A stretch of DNA of 28,506 nucleotides from a virus (Duplodnaviria; Caudoviricetes). The DNA is taken from positions 1 to 28,506 of IMG/VR virus record IMGVR_UViG_3300020074_000092, one strand, 5' to 3'. Numbering within the stretch: the stretch's first letter is position 1; each line of letters starts with the position of its first letter. Both the position numbers and the translations under genes were made by a program. Below are positions 27,124-28,506 of this stretch, in pieces. The notes beneath the pieces are model-generated. The model was not told the DNA's origin, made no database searches, and saw only the letters and a list, made by a program, of their open reading frames with translations.

Positions 27124-28506
27124 ATGGCGAAACTTTTTGGTTTTTCGATTGAAGATAATGTAAAAACACCTAAATCTGTAGTTTCCCCCGTTCCTCCTAA
27201 CAATGAGGACGGGGTTGATCATTTTATCCAATCAGGATTTTATGGTCAATATGTAGATATTGAAGGTGTTTATAGAACGGAATATGATTTAATTCGTCGT
27301 TATCGTGAAATGGCACTTCATCCAGAGTGTGATAACGCAATTGAAAGTGTTGTAAATGAAGCAATTGTAAGTGATCTGTACGATTCACCTATAGAAATTG
27401 AACTATCAAATCTTAATGCTAGTGATCGTCTAAAAGAAGTTATCAGATCAGAATTTAAATACATCAAAGAAATCATGGACTTTGATAAAAAGTGCCATGA
27501 AATTTTTAGAAATTGGTATATTGATGGTAGATTATTTTACCTAAAAGTTATTGATCAAAAAAATCCTGAGGCAGGTATTCAGGAATTGAGATATATTGAC
27601 CCCATGAAAATGAAGCATGTGCGTCAAGAAAAAAAAGTTAATGGTGATGAAAACGGATTTAGAAATTTAAATTTGATATCTAGATCTTTTGCACAAGATC
27701 AAGAATATAGTTTTCCTGAAATCGAAGAATATTTCGTTTATACTCCAACTCCAAATTTCCCTACAGGAACAATTAGTGGAGGATCTAAAAAAGGAGTTAA
27801 AATTGCAAAAGATACAATCACATACTGTACATCTGGATTAGTTGATAGAAATAAAGGAACTATTCTTTCATATTTACATAAAGCAATTAAAGCACTCAAT
27901 CAACTTAGAATGATTGAAGATAGTCTTGTCATTTATAGATTATCTCGTGCTCCAGAACGAAGAATTTTTTATATTGATGTAGGCAATCTTCCTAAAGTAA
28001 AAGCAGAGCAATACCTCAAAGAGGTTATGAGTCGTTATCGTAATAAACTTGTATATGATGCAAATACAGGTGAAGTTCGTGATGATCGTAAATTCATGAG
28101 TATGCTTGAAGATTTCTGGCTTCCAAGAAGAGAAGGTGGTCGTGGAACGGAGATCACAACTCTTCCCGGTGGTCAAAATCTTGGAGAACTTAACGATGTT
28201 GAGTATTTCCAAAAGAAACTTTATAGAGCACTTGGAGTTCCTGAAACAAGAATTGCTGGCGGTGGTGATGGATTCAATCTTGGAAGATCTTCAGAAATTC
28301 TTCGTGATGAATTGATGTTCTCCAAGTTTGTCGGAAGACTTAGAAAGAGATTTGCTAATCTTTTTAACGACATACTTCGCACTCAATTACTTCTAAAAAA
28401 CATTGTCTCTCCAGAAGATTGGGAGCAAATGAGTGATCATATTCAATATGATTTCTTATATGATAATCATTTTGCAGAACTTAAAGAAGCAGAACTTTTA
28501 ACAAAT
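27124..28506 (+). CDS. gp20: Portal vertex protein gp20, 3'-truncated by the window (not in the ORF track)
   Basis: Hand translation MAKLFGFSIED...LIRRYREMALHPECDNAI...WYIDGR...LSYLHKAIKALNQLRMIEDSLVIYRLSRAPERRIFYIDVGNLPKVKAEQYL...EDFWLPRREGGRGTEITTLPGGQNLGE. Open to the window end. Confidence 0.97.
   Translation, partial: MAKLFGFSIEDNVKTPKSVVSPVPPNNEDGVDHFIQSGFYGQYVDIEGVYRTEYDLIRRYREMALHPECDNAIESVVNEAIVSDLYDSPIEIELSNLNASDRLKEVIRSEFKYIKEIMDFDKKCHEIFRNWYIDGRLFYLKVIDQKNPEAGIQELRYIDPMKMKHVRQEKKVNGDENGFRNLNLISRSFAQDQEYSFPEIEEYFVYTPTPNFPTGTISGGSKKGVKIAKDTITYCTSGLVDRNKGTILSYLHKAIKALNQLRMIEDSLVIYRLSRAPERRIFYIDVGNLPKVKAEQYLKEVMSRYRNKLVYDANTGEVRDDRKFMSMLEDFWLPRREGGRGTEITTLPGGQNLGELNDVEYFQKKLYRALGVPETRIAGGGDGFNLGRSSEILRDELMFSKFVGRLRKRFANLFNDILRTQLLLKNIVSPEDWEQMSDHIQYDFLYDNHFAELKEAELLTN

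Larger units (their letters stand above)
1..28506 (+). other. T4-like (cyanophage-type) myovirus late structural and DNA-packaging gene cluster
   Basis: Collinear gp7-gp8-VrlC-like-gp13-gp14-gp15-gp16-gp17-gp18-gp19-gp20 on one strand, with T4 late promoter motifs. No recognisable T4 gp9-gp12/wac between gp8 and gp13, as in T4-like cyanophages. No integrase or host genes. Confidence 0.95.

Noticed and set aside
17713-28315. Remaining nested or antisense ORFs (e.g. 19743-19964, 20096-20359, 20732-20968, 21413-21745, 22259-22504, 23895-24125, 26492-26791, 27940-28212, 28106-28315)
   Set aside because: They overlap well-supported + strand genes, including gp20, which the track missed only because it has no stop in the window.
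1-28506. tRNA, CRISPR array, DGR template/variable repeat, integrase or recoded stop codons
   Set aside because: Intergenic gaps are under 90 bp, no long nucleotide repeats were seen by eye, and all core genes are intact under the standard code.

Overview
AT-rich (roughly 30-35% GC by eye) segment of a T4-like myovirus genome. Gene content and order most resemble the T4-like cyanophages (Kyanoviridae-type); the host is an inference. All credible genes are on the + strand and form the late structural/packaging module: giant gp7-like baseplate wedge protein (cut off at the left edge), gp8, a 2395-aa VrlC/DUF4815-type virion protein, four small ORFs, neck gp13/gp14, gp15, terminase gp16 and gp17, sheath gp18, tube gp19 and portal gp20 (cut off at the right edge and missing from the ORF track). 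T4-type late promoters (TATAAATA and variants) precede five genes, and many genes are coupled by TAATG/TGATG overlaps. Most interesting: (1) a 716-aa ORF between gp16 and gp17 that reads as a polyprotein of about 12 small, mostly basic modules, many with paired Cys, separated by hydrophobic-X-Glu sites matching T4 prohead protease gp21 specificity; (2) a 58-aa ORF missing from the track (15057-15233) that aligns by eye, without gaps, to the phycobilisome-degradation adaptor NblA; (3) a G-[IV]-G-[TS]-type motif recurring across unrelated virion proteins. Family names are from recall; no database search was run.
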